In this document: positions 47,941 through 60,737 of the stretch, one piece after another
Position numbering within the stretch: the stretch's first letter is position 1
Layout: the number at the start of each line of letters is the position of its first letter
NCBI RefSeq assembly: GCF_009914755.1
Contig: NC_060931.1
Origin: the human T2T-CHM13v2.0 reference genome, Homo sapiens
DNA: 64,000 nucleotides
Direction: 5' to 3' (one strand)
The notes under the pieces: model-generated
The model's input: the letters and a program-made list of their open reading frames with translations, nothing else
Told to the model about the DNA's origin: nothing
The model's database searches: none
Made by a program: the position numbers and the translations under genes

Positions 47941-48349
47941 TAGGAAGGATTCTTCCTGCCTGAGCTCACAGACACAAATCCCAGAGCCTGTACATGTCCC
48001 AGCAAAGAAGATATTGAAAATGTGTGAAAATGGGTAAGAGTCCCAACTCACCCTATTTATATTACCTGTCAGTTCGTTCCCTCCTACAATGAAATAGCCA
48101 TAACTGCTGCTAGCCATTAGACTACAAAGTTCTTTACACATGTAATCTCACAGAATCCTCTCAATCCACCTTGGGTCTGGTAAGATCATACTTACATTTG
48201 ACCATAGTTCCAGACATCATGTTGCCTTGGTCAGAGATGTGGTATTCATTTAATCTCTATTCTCCAAAAACCACTTTAGTAGCCAGATAAAAACTCTTCC
48301 TAGAGAATTCACAGAAGAGGAGATTTGAGGCTGGATTCTTTAGGTTTTT

Positions 48350-48590
48350 TGTTTCCCATGTGCTGGGCAGAATGTTATGTGTTTTACAGGAAATATCTCA
48401 TCTGATACCTCCCAAAAACTAATGAAATAGGTCCTGTTATCTTTATTTTTTCCCTCTTTTTGACAGATGAGGAAATAGAGGCATAAAGAAGTCAGGGACT
48501 TTGGCAAGGCAGGTAGAATACCTGAGATTTGAGCCCAGGGATTACCCAATTCAAAGCTCCTGTTTTTAATCACTTTGCTATACTGCCCAT
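48350..48590 (-). mobile_element. MIR
   Basis: ttttgacagatgaggaaatagaggcataaagaagt core. Confidence 0.8.
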
Positions 48591-49667
48591 TACAAGTGCA
48601 TTATGGATGTCTTCAGGTACCACTGAGGTGTTGATATTATCCATATTCAGGTTTCCGAACAACCGCTAACCACAAAACACAAGAGTCCACAGCTTCATCC
48701 ACTCATACAATTGGGAATGTTACCAGGTGGTCTTAAAAAAACAATATCATAGTCAAATAAGTGTGAGAACACCAATATTAAACATGAATACATTTATTAA
48801 CAAGATTAAAGAGATTTTTTTAAAAATAGGAGCTCTCAGAAATGGTAATGTTTAGGTATGCATTGTAAATCTCCAAGATTATAGTATTTGTATTTCTCAA
48901 GTATATTTGATCACAGAACCTTCTTTTTCTCCATGGCATCTTTCATATTTTGGGCACTAATTTCCATAGATCTCAGAAAAATAACTTTCTCCCTCTATTC
49001 TGAAAAAGGCTTCTGTTCTCTTCCTTGGAGCAGTCTTGATTTTGCGCTGTCAGTTCTTCTGACCCATTACCACCCCTGCATTCCACTATCTGCTTTGAGC
49101 TGTTCTTTCTTTTCATTTCTTGCTCTCTTTCTCCCCCATGTTGGGAATATTTCCCCAGTTTTCCACTTCAGATAACCTCAGCAAGCAGTGAGTGTGTGCC
49201 TTGCTTCCGGTTGGTGCACAGCCAGGTGACAGATCTGTTCTCACAGGGCATCTTGAACTTTTTTGCCTATTTTTTCCTACTGCATTACGATTAAGACTTT
49301 CTTGTTTTTTTTTTTTCCCCAGGAAAATGGACATTCTGAACTCTTCTAAAGCAACTGATAGGTGATTTTACTGATGCTGATAACATTAGAGAGTAGGATA
49401 GTTTATGGTAAAATAACATATTTTTAAATATTAGAATACACGTGTACACATACATACGTACATAGATGTAATATACTCACATATTATAACCTTGTTCAAT
49501 AAATTTGACATCTTCCCACAGACACTGAAGAGATATTTAACACATACTATTGAACACTGTAGAAAGCTAGATGAAATGAGTTCAGAAAAACTTTGTACCA
49601 ATAGACCTGGTACCTATACTTTGTCATGTTAACAACGAAGTATTATATGTTATAGGCCCATTGTTCA

Positions 49668-50006
<339 letters not shown>

Positions 50007-50037
<31 letters not shown>

Positions 50038-50056
50038 AGAGAGAGAGAGAGAGAGA
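50007..50056. repeat. Compound (CA)n(GA)n microsatellite in the Alu tail
   Basis: Direct read. Confidence 0.92.
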
Positions 50057-50276
50057 AGAAAGGTATATCATTTTGGGAACTTCAAAATTATAGTGACAAC
50101 ATTAGGTTTGACATGATAGGTATATTATTTGATAATAAAGCTCATTTCATCATAATGATAGAAGTACCACTACTCTCTTTTCTTTCCATTTTGAACTCTA
50201 TGTATTTAAATAATAAGGAAGAAAAAAAGACAGTGAGGATTATTAAGAGACAGATGTTAAATATAAAGAAAAAATA

Positions 50277-50428
50277 GGCCAGATGTGGTAGCTCAGGAGG
50301 CTGAGGCAGGAGGATTGCTTGAGCCCAGGACATGGAGACTGCAGTGAGCCGTGATTACACCACTGCACTCCAGCTTGGGTGACAGAGCAAGACCCTGTCT
50401 CAAAAAGTAATAGTAAAGAAAGAAAGAA
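50277..50428 (+). mobile_element. Alu right-monomer (FRAM/AluJ) fragment with internal deletion
   Basis: ggccagatgtggtagctc|aggaggctgaggcaggaggattgcttgagccc...gaccctgtctc. Confidence 0.8.
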
Positions 50429-50959
50429 ATATAAATAAGAATCATTCCAATTCATACATAGAATAAATATTAGCACACAGATGATAAAACTTGAAATGTG
50501 TAAAATTCTAATAATCAAAATAATTTGCAGCACATGGGTATATGTAAACCATTTTTTTAAATTGGCTTATAGTATAAAATTTGTGAGGAAAGAAATCATA
50601 AGGAGAAAATGCATTCAACTGATTTTGTAACTACAGTATTTTTCTAATGATCATGAACCATAAAAGTAAAAGTTTTCTGATGATGGCTGTTGCCTCTGAT
50701 GATGGCTATTGCCTGCCTGAAGGCTGCACCCAGGTGTGGGAACCGCACTGCTTAGGGCTTGTGGCTGAGAGGCCTGTTGACCTGGTCTCTCAGCTCCTTC
50801 CACCTGCCCTCTGCTGCCTTCCCATTGTCCTCCCCTGAGTTTAGGGTGGGGTGACTCATTCTGCTTGGCTGCCTCCATGCCTGGACAGAGTGGCGCCTTC
50901 TACCAGGCCCTCCAGGTGGTTCTGGTACTCAACCCACTGGGAGTGGAAACGGCCCATCC

Positions 50960-51145
50960 CCGGATTAGAGCACACATTGAGGCTTGGGTTTGAATCCAGG
51001 CTGTGCTCTTCGGTCACTGTAGGTGCTTCTTGCTGAGCTGATCTCAAGTGTAAGACCACATAAGTAACTACCTTTTAGGGATACCCCCGAGGCTGAAGTG
51101 AGACCACAGGATGAACCATTTTCAAAGCACCTGGCACTCCCTGTG
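50960..51145 (+). mobile_element. MIR, diverged
   Basis: gggtttgaatccaggct...tcaaagcacctggcac. Confidence 0.5.
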
Positions 51146-51832
51146 TGTAACTCCATTGTGTGTACCCCCACCTGCTGCCACTGCTGAGACATCCAACCCT
51201 CATTCCCTCTCCCATCTCCAGTGACATAAGGTCATTTACAACCTACATTTATAATTTATAATGTTTGCAGGTATTAAATTCCCATCCACTAAAAAAGGTA
51301 AATATTAGAACATTCTGTACTGAAATTATGATTTTGAAAAGAAATTATCTTGGACTCTGAAAATTACCTGAGGTATTTGTTTCCTAATATTTTTCCTATG
51401 ACAGTCCCAATTTAAAGCAGAGTCCCTTCTTCCTCAAACTGAGCTAATTTTAATTAGACTACTATTTCTCCATTTGCTTTTCTCATAAGGCTTCACTAGT
51501 TTTGAGTGACTGCAGATGACTTGAGTAATGGAAAGTGTTTTAGAGGGTCATGCACAAAAATAACAAATGCTAATTCAGGCAGAAAACAATGGAGTTTTCA
51601 CATTTATGCATACAGAGAAAATTTATATTTTACTAGAATGCAAAAAAAGGCATGAAACCCCCATTCAGGCTAATATTTCTTGCCAATTATATTTTATTTT
51701 TTACCAATTATTTAAATTAATCATCTCATATTTCCCCAATATCAAAATTGAAATATAACTCATTCATTTCCCGGTAAAATATTGCTCATAGAAACACATA
51801 AATATAAATCAGTTTTGGCTTTACTCAACTTT

Positions 51833-52020
51833 AGGGTTCCCAGATAAAATACAGAGTGCCTACTTAAATTTGAGTTTCAGATAAACAAGAAATTTTTGTT
51901 AGTATAATTATGTCCCAAACATTGCAGGGGACACACTTATACTAACAAATAGTTCATTTTTATTAGAAATTCAGATTCAGCTAGGCATGTTGTATTTTTA
52001 TTTGCTAGATCTGGCAACTT
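51833..52020. mobile_element. MER53 palindromic MITE
   Basis: agggttcccagataaaatacag...tagtataattatgtcccaaacattgcaggggacacacttatactaa...atctggcaac. Confidence 0.88.
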
Positions 52021-53499
52021 AACTCCTTTGCCATTTTTATTTCTACAAGTCACAGGAAACTCCACGAACAAGCACTCTTTTTTGTTATATAAAAGTACAG
52101 ATACAGAAAAACCAGTTATATATACAGACTATGCTTAAGGAAACGTAATGATTATATATACTGGGGTCTGAAACTGCAGGATTCTTTAGCCATTTGTAAT
52201 TGGGTCATGAAAGATAGAATTCTTGAAAACAAAGACATTGCTTAGGATGTAGTAATTGATAAAAGTTTAGCAGCTTCATTCTAATTTAAATTAGAGTGCC
52301 TGAGAAAACTAGCAACATAATTTGGCAAGATCTAAGGCAATTACTTAAAAAGAGGAGCAGGTGTAATTGAGCATGCAGTCTTGTCATCTTGTCATTCCAA
52401 GAGCAGGTAGATTCGCCATTGAGGAAGTGTGGCTATGCCAAAATCATTTGTAGAAACATAATTTTATGTGTGTGCTCTGTGGAGGAAGAAGATTGTCAGA
52501 GGGAGGGTCGGGGTTACAAACATAGGAATGTGGTTCCCTAGGTGAATGCATATGAAAAAGGACCCCAAGCCAGTGGTGAAAAGTAACACTTTTCTTGATG
52601 AAACTATCTAAAGTAAACGAATACCAGGACCAAGATTTAAAAGGCAGAAGAAACATTACTTGTTTAGAGAAGTGATCAAGATTTTTAAAAATAGATGTAA
52701 TATACTTGGCAATTTAATTGTAATGGCTTGTCAGGTGTTCCTGTTAAGTCTACAATTTCCCCCTTTTGTTTTTCATGGCTTTTAATCTTAATTTTCTCTA
52801 ACTACACAAGATTCACAAAATTAAGCTGTTTGGTAGGACTGCAGTATTTATTTTGTTTGATTTCCTTTTTTGATCATTTCTTTACACGAACAGCAAATCT
52901 CTTCAGCAACACCTGAAAAGATTTACCTACTCTTCATAATAAAAGACTTTCGGTTAACTTCTGAGGTTTTAAAACAACGAACTGTCAACCACCAGAATGG
53001 CGAACTCTGAACCTCAAGCAAACTGAAGAGAAAGTTAGCACATCTGCCTCCCTCTAACAGAGTTAAAAACACTTCCCTTGAATTAATATATTCATTATAT
53101 ATTTCCAAGGAGAGTCAAATGACAGGTTCTACAAAGGTTGCCTTAACTGGAGTACTTTAAAAAGTTACTTAGCAACAATATAGCTAGCTCTACACATGCA
53201 CTCCATATAAAACTGATGATTTCATCAGATGGCTTCTACCCAGAAATTCAGACATTAGCATCAGTTTGGGTCAACACTTTGCTTACCCCTGAATAACCTG
53301 AGTCCTTAAACAATTTATAGTTCCTTACATGGGGTCTTTGTTGGGGCCTTTCCTGAACATAGAGGGCTATTCCTTTTTCCTTCAAATGTATTCTAATTCA
53401 AATCCCTTCTTCACTGAAATGGCATGACACAAACCTCCAGGCAATGGAGTTTTTTTTTTTTTTCCTTTCAAAACAACAGACATTTGCTAAATTTCAGAG

Positions 53500-54320
53500 A
53501 AGCACCTGTATTAATTGTATTTCCTGCTCATGTGTTGCTTTTGTTTACAATAAAAGAATTCATCTCAGGTGAGTTAACCTTGCTTTTTAGAGAGGGCACC
53601 TGCAGTTATCTTGGTGAGTATTGTAAATCAAAACATGTTGAGCCTTTAAAGAGGGAAATAAAGAGGTGCTGACAAGAGGGGATGCCAGTAGGATTAAGCG
53701 ACTTTCTCACCACTGGTATTATCAGGACAGAGAACAACTGAGTCACATTAAATTACAGGGGGGAGAAAGAGTCCCAGAAATTCCACAGATGGGATGACTG
53801 GCTTACCTAAGACGCCAGTCAATGGGAGGTTGACTGGAGTCTTAGGTAAGCCCGGGAAGAGGAGGGGTCTGTGAGGAGGTATGAAAAGACAACTCCCTCC
53901 TTAGCCTCGGGCTTCGATAATTGACCAAGATTTTTCAGCTTGTGATTTGATCCAGCCAAACCCTGTTAGAGGCACTTGCCCCCAACTGAGACCAAGACTG
54001 AAGTGAATAAGAATTAGGTGAGTCACTTGTATGTACAATACGTGCATTCACATCTATTAGGCTAAATGACACATCGCTCACTTTAAGCACAGGCAGCTGG
54101 AGATTGTCATATTCTGAAAATGACAACTGTTATTTATTTATTGAGAATATTTATACAGGTTCTTCCTGGGCACGGAGAATGCATTTTTCAGCAGCACCAT
54201 GACACCGGCTGTCACGTGCTGTCTTCCGTTGGAGAACGGAACACAGAAAACCATTAGCACAAGCAGAGACAAAGCACACGTATTCGGGGCAGCAATCTGT
54301 AGGAGCAGAGATTTAGAAGG
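53500..54320. promoter_or_regulatory. Candidate enhancer
   Basis: Non-repeat; TGAGTCA at 53739 and 54019, TGTTTAC at 53542, GTCACGTG at 54211, local CpG excess. Confidence 0.4.
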
Positions 54321-54659
54321 TTGAAGGTGGCAGGTTTTTAAGTATGGCCTAAGTCATTTTCTTAACAGGGTTTCAAGCTCCTCTGAGGAGAAAAGGATTG
54401 TTTTTCCACACAGCATGATTTCGGTAACTGCCAGAGGACCAGTTTTGAGGCATCGATTAATTTGGTCGAAGGGTTCATATTATACAACTCAGGGGGCATG
54501 TTTGTTAGCTGGTAAAGAAGGAACGGAGAAAGTTTAGGACCAAAAGCAACCCTTCTTGTCTGTTTTCCACATATTACCGTCCTTGAAGCTCTAGAGAAGG
54601 CTCTTCCCTCCTCTCTGCTGTAATTCTCCCATATTTAAAAAAAAAAAAAAAAAAAAGGC

Positions 54660-54810
54660 ACACTTTCTTAAAACGTCATTTCTCCAAGTAGGGGCCCCCA
54701 TTCAAATTGTCCATTCCTGGGCCACATGATAGATTTACTGAATCTGAATATCTGCGAGAGACCTTGGAATGTGCATTTTAAGAAGTTTCCTCAATGTTTC
54801 TTTTGCATTT
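54660..54810. mobile_element. MER5-like fragment
   Basis: ttcctgggccac...tactgaatctgaatatct...ggaatgtgcattttaagaag. Confidence 0.6.
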
Positions 54811-56177
54811 TCTTCCAAAGATACAGTAAGGTTATGTAAAAGAGTGCATTCTGAGCTTCCCAGATTCTAAGTGCTGGTTGATATTGCGTTCACAACAACA
54901 CATATTGCTTGATGGCAACTCAAATCACTGCAGAATATCTACACATACCCTACATTTCTTAGGGGGTACTATGTTTTCTTGACTATACATGTAAGTGTGA
55001 ATGACTAAATATAACCTTTTCCAGAGAATACTTTACATATACATACCTCCTAGAAAAATTCAATTAAACATAAAACATTTCTCTTACAGCCACCTGGAAC
55101 TAATTTTTTGGTATGTTGGCCTGTTCCCCAATCAGATGAAATTTGCAGAACCCAGTGTGCCGTATGTGAAGTTGACCTCCCTCCTCTTGCTATAGTAAAT
55201 GCTGGAGAGTAATTCTTCTTAGAAATAGATTAAGACCTCCAGAAAATGGGGCTTTAACATGAATATCAAACTGCATACACAAATTTAAATTTCAGATAAT
55301 TATTTTATTGGCAAAGACTAAAGAAATCCAATATCAAAGTGATATTTTCCTTATTTGCATTAGAAATATTTTCCCATTACCAAAATGAAAGAAGGTCGTT
55401 AGGAAAAAGAATGACTGATATGAATAAGCATTTTTTTTTTAAAGAGAAGTTTCAAATCTTTCAATTCTACTTGCCCAGAGACAACTACTCTCAACACTTT
55501 GGTACTTATAACATCTATGTTGACTATGTAGATAAAAAGTTGGGTTTGTTTTTTTTTTAATAAGCAAAACTGGAATTTTTACCCCTCATATTGTTTTGTA
55601 TCTATTTTGTTTCATGAAAAATATATTATTAACAATTTTCAAATCAATAGATATAGTATTAGGGAACATTTTAAGATGTTGCATGCGTCCATTATGTAGA
55701 TATGTAATAAGGCATCTAACCAACACTTGGCTTTTTTATATTTAGATTATTTCTAATTTTGCTGTTATAATTAGTGAGATAATGTCAGCCCCCAAAAATG
55801 TGCTGAATATTCTGTCTCCTGTGAGAAGCAGATTTATGCATTTGCAACAACCAAATGCCTGCCATTAGAAGTAGAGTGTAAATAAGCTTGTAGGTCCTGA
55901 CACCAGGCTGAAAAGTGGACAGTTTCCAAGAGCCATTTCTTCTCATTTTTCTGCCACCCACTTCCCACACCAAGAGCTCCTTCCCACTCTATTCCCCATC
56001 CCACATCCTCTGAGGATTCTGGGAATATGAAAACCCCCCCACCATTAAAAAAAAATTAGCTTGAAGCTCCTGTTTCCAAATTTAAATTGAATGACTATGT
56101 CTTTGGCAATAGACTGTATGGAGCAGGGATGCATAGGTAAGTGAGTCCTGTCTATCAGCTTATCTCTTAAAGGCCCA

Positions 56178-57478
56178 AAAGCAGATTGTTTTTTATAACT
56201 CTAATGAAGCTTAAGCTTCATGGTCTCTTGCTTGCATGGGCACCTTCCAAATATTAAGTGTTTTTTGTTAATTGGCAAAATTATTCTAACACTGAGAAAC
56301 AAATTTGGTAAAATGTTTTGAAATGCTTTAATAAAACAAGTGAGAATTTCTTTTCAGTATTCTCCTGATTTGAATGTTTTCGAAGAGTACCATTTTTATC
56401 ATCTATTAGTGTATTACAAAACTAAAAGAAAATTCAGAAAAAATAATGGAATATGAAACTAAAAACACTAAAAATGAGTGATGAAATCAATAGAAATTAC
56501 TGTGATACAGAGCAGCTACATAAACAAAAGAATTTTCAGATTAAAACAAAAGGAGTAGTTTATTAAGAAAGATATATTTCACTGGTGTCATCTATAAAAA
56601 TGAATATATTTCAAGTCAAAGTGTACTTAAGATTAGTTACTGCAAAATAAAACTTAAAATGCCCTGAAATATTATAGCTCATATATAAAAAATTTAATGA
56701 ACATTTCCCCAAATTTAACAGAATTCTAAAAATTTTTAGAATTTACATGAAGCTTCTATATCATGAAGCTGAAAGGAACTTTTCTCAAACTAGGTAATAT
56801 TTTTTTTAATCAATGATGCTAAATAAAGTCTGAATCATCTTTCTTTTCTCTATATAAAAATAGTTAGGCCGGGCACAGGGGCTCACACCTGTAATCCCAG
56901 CACTTTAGGAGGCCAAAGTGGAAGGATCACTTGAGCCCAGGCATTTGAGACCAGTGTGGGCAACATGGCAAAACCCCATCTCTACAAAAACTTAAAAAAC
57001 TGTCCAGCATGGTGGTGTGCACATGTAGTCCCAGCTAATTGGGAGGCTGAGGTGGGAGGATGACTTGAGCCCAGGAGGTCAAGGTTGTGGTGAGCCATGA
57101 CTGCGTCACTGCACTCCAGACAGAGTGAGACCCCATCTCACAAAAACACAAAACAAACAAACAAACCATTGTCATATGAAAAGGCAATCAAAGACTCTGT
57201 TGTCCCCAAAGTAAGAACAACAGCATTATAGGAAAGTTGGGAAGTTAATTTCTAAAAGTCATGTTATTCTTCTTTGTTTTGTTTTTCGATTTTTAGATTT
57301 TTTTTTTAGGGCCAGATGTTTATAGATTTTCAGCTTTTAAAAAATTGTTTCTTATTCCAAATATTCATTTCTGTGCTTAATTTTATATTCATAAGTGTTC
57401 TATTCTGTTTGTTAAAGAAGACTTTCCCCCTAACTTGTAATGAGCTTCAGACTCATCATAACCTGAAGTGAACGCTGA
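56178..57478. mobile_element. Arthur1-like hAT-Tip100 transposon, interrupted by AluJ
   Basis: ctaatgaagcttaagcttca...cttgcatgggc start; gagcttcag...aacctg end; gaagctgaaaggaacttttc transposase-like remnant. Confidence 0.65.
56867..57165 (+). mobile_element. AluJ with (CAAA)n tail
   Basis: ggaaggatcacttgagcccagg...ggaggatgacttgagcccaggagg. Confidence 0.92.
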
Positions 57479-59302
57479 GGTTGTCCAAACTCATAAAACT
57501 CGGTTGCATCCATGTTCATTTACACCAAGAAGGTGCTTATGGCCAACAAAGAGGTGTGTAGCCCTGTTACACACCTCTTCGATCAAAGAATAGAGCAAGC
57601 TATGCAGCCTTTGCAGGCATAGGGTGGAGGGGAGGGAGTTGGGAAGGATTCATGCAGAAACTGTTCATAGGATGCAGTGGACTTTGGAAATTCTTTGCAA
57701 ACAGGTAAAGTAAGTTTCCTAAGCAGTATGTTAGGTCTCTAAGTGGTGCTTAAACATATCACAAAGGTAGCAGATGAAGGATCAGATTGTTAGGGAACAA
57801 CTTGCTTGTAAAACCCAAAGAGCAGTGGTTGATCTGATAACTGGCGGATTCTTAATAGCTCAACACAAATAAACCACTTGTAAATGCCCCTGGGCTGGCC
57901 TGCCTTACAACCCTTTTCACATGGCAGTAATATATGGCCAGTAATTACCATAATGAGCCACCAGAAGGCATCTATTTGTTAGCCCTGGAAGAGCTTGCAT
58001 CTGGCTTTTAGGTGTGAAGCAAGGAGAAGCAAATGACAAGAAGCATTTGAATATACATTTCCTCTGGGCAGCTACTTATTTGAACAGCTGCTTATGAGGC
58101 ACACAGCACCATTAAGTCGGTCCAATTCAGGAGGCCGTGTGCATCTTGATTTCTATTTTTTTCTTTGAAGTATAGGACCAGCCTATTTTCTCCCCGGGTA
58201 ATAATTTCTCCAAATTAAAAGTGGTTACCCGACTTAAAACCTGTGACAAGTCTATTGTGTTGACCTCTACAGCTGGGAGAGTGTGGAGGTTGCCAGGGAA
58301 ATGGGCTCTAGAAACACATGGAACACACTCAGAAGTCACGTGCTAAATTGTTTGGTTTTAGATTAAGTTTCACTGGAAAAATGATCCAGAGCTTTCTTTC
58401 TCTCTCTTTTTTGTCTTTGTCAAAACAAAGACTGTATAACAAAGGCAACATTTTTTAGCCATCTGCTGAAAATACAAAAATATTTTCATCAAAATAACAA
58501 ATTGGTGGTTTGTTGTGTCAGCTTGTACATTTAATAATTCCAATGATAAGCATTCCCCAGATATCAGAGGCAAATATGCCATCTGAAAAAAGAAAGGAAT
58601 CTAGGTACATAAGAAATGAGCTATAAAATTACACTGAAGCTGGTATTGTAACAGGAGAATGGGGAGTGTTTTGAGGGGAAACTAACATAGAAATGGACAG
58701 GAGGTGAAAGGCTTTGAATCCTTGTAATGCTATGGCTAGGAATCAAACTAAAGTGTTTTCTCCTTTGCCACTGAGCATACTGTCATAGTCAGGGCCGGAT
58801 TATTCAATGCCTTAACCATCTCTGCTTACGAAAAGATATTAGAAATGCTGTATATGTCTTGAACTATTAGGAGTATACGTGAAATAATGCATCTAAAACA
58901 CTCAGGAGCATAAAACAAAGGTCCCTGGCATTTCTTACTGACCCAAAGTTTACCTTAGATAAAGAGATTTATATGGAACTTGGAAGAGGCATATCAGAAG
59001 TTTGCCTTGACATTCGTGGATCACTGAGCATTCCAAATGCCCTTAAGAAGATTATCAGGTGGTTGTGTTTTCTGAAGTTTCCTGATCTCTCCTTTTACCT
59101 AGTGGTCAAACTGTAGGCATTTGGTAGCTTATCCTTGAGATATTAGCAAGACACAAGATGACAGGGTTTGCACATAAAATACAGGTCACTATTATATATT
59201 CTTCCCATAGATTCATCAGCTTGCAATTTTTTTGGACTCCTGCACTTTATTTATGTTTTGGTTTAGTGAAGAACTTTACAATTATATATAAATTTCTCAT
59301 AT

Positions 59303-59364
59303 AGTATATATGATATATATATATATATACACACACACACACCACATACACATGCACACACACA
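59303..59364. repeat. (TA)n(CA)n microsatellite
   Basis: Direct read. Confidence 0.85.
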
Positions 59365-60675
59365 TAGTCACATGGTTAAAGGATCTAAAACTGTATACAG
59401 TAAAATGCCTCCTCACTCTTGTACCCAATCCACCTAGTTATCTTCTGCCCATTGTTCATGCCCTAAATATTGTTATTGGTTTCGTGTGTGTTTTTCTTAT
59501 ATTTCTTTTTGTACATCCAAGTAAACAAACACATATATATAGTTCTCACCTACTTTAATGCAAAAGTCAATATGCTCTGCATGCTGTTTTGCATCTTACT
59601 TTGTCACTAAACATATCTTTGACTTAAATTTATCTCAGTACATGGTTTCCTCAGTCATTTTCATAGCTGCATAATTTCTTGTTTTTGAATGAATTATAAT
59701 TTATTTAATCCAAATCGCAACATTTTAAAGTCCTGGTCACTCTTAGAAACACCATACAAAATATGCTGAGCCAAACTATAAATACTTTCATTTGAATTAA
59801 ACTTTAAATTTTTATCTACCTGCACCCTGAATTTTAAAACTCAAAAAAAGATAATGAACTGGTAGAGTCAGGGATTATTAGAAAGAAAAATCTAATTTAT
59901 GAGTTTGAGCTGGATAGAATGCACAGAATTAGAAGAGGCAAAAGCCAACTGAGAACTAAATATTGTATGGGGTGTTTGTCATGGCTACCTTATTTTTTTT
60001 AAATATTGTATAAAGATTCAGACTTGGATTTTTTTTTTTTTCCCCCCCAAATAGAGGAACAGCTGCCCTACATGGCTTTGTCTCTAAGACCACAGAACTA
60101 ATGTTTCTTTAAGGTCTTCCAACCTCTCTGATCCTACTTTTACATTTAATTAAGGTAATCCTTCAATCTACATCCTCTTGCAGACCCCATTCTCTTTTCT
60201 TTCTAAGTTGTTATCCATGTTCCACCTGAAGCAGGAGATCATATTGCAGTTTTGGTCCTAAGCTCATTAAAGAAGAATGCATCTGGCATTTCTCTGGGAG
60301 GAAAATGGGCTTTCAAGTTCTAATTGGAAAGATCTGAAGAGTGTAGAACTACCATGTCTTTTTGACCACAGGCCCCAGACCACTGAGTTTATATGCTCAC
60401 TTTGTGGAAAACGTTGGGTCTATGATCTTGACTGAAGTTGTTGTTTGCCTGTTAAATAAAATTAGATTAAAAAAAATTTTTTAAACTTCCATCCTGATGT
60501 GAGCAAAATTGTGTAGGTATGTGCAGTACCTCCATAATCTCTCTTGTTGAGAAAATTGCACGAGGTTTGTGGATAAACATAAAGTATTAGAAAAGTTCAA
60601 GCAAAGAGAGATACAACCAAGAGGGAAGCTGTGCCAACAGAAAGGGGGAAAAACAGAAAAGAAATGAGAAAACTA

Positions 60676-60737
60676 GAGGGGCAGAGGGAGGGAGGAAGGA
60701 AGGAAGAAGGAAGGGAAGGAAAAAGGAAAGGAAGAGG
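60676..60737. repeat. GA-rich (GGAA-like) polypurine tract
   Basis: gagggagggaggaaggaaggaagaaggaagggaagg... Confidence 0.8.

Noticed and set aside
56204-56221. Perfect 18-bp palindrome atgaagcttaagcttcat
   Set aside because: Largely part of the recalled Arthur1 subterminal consensus
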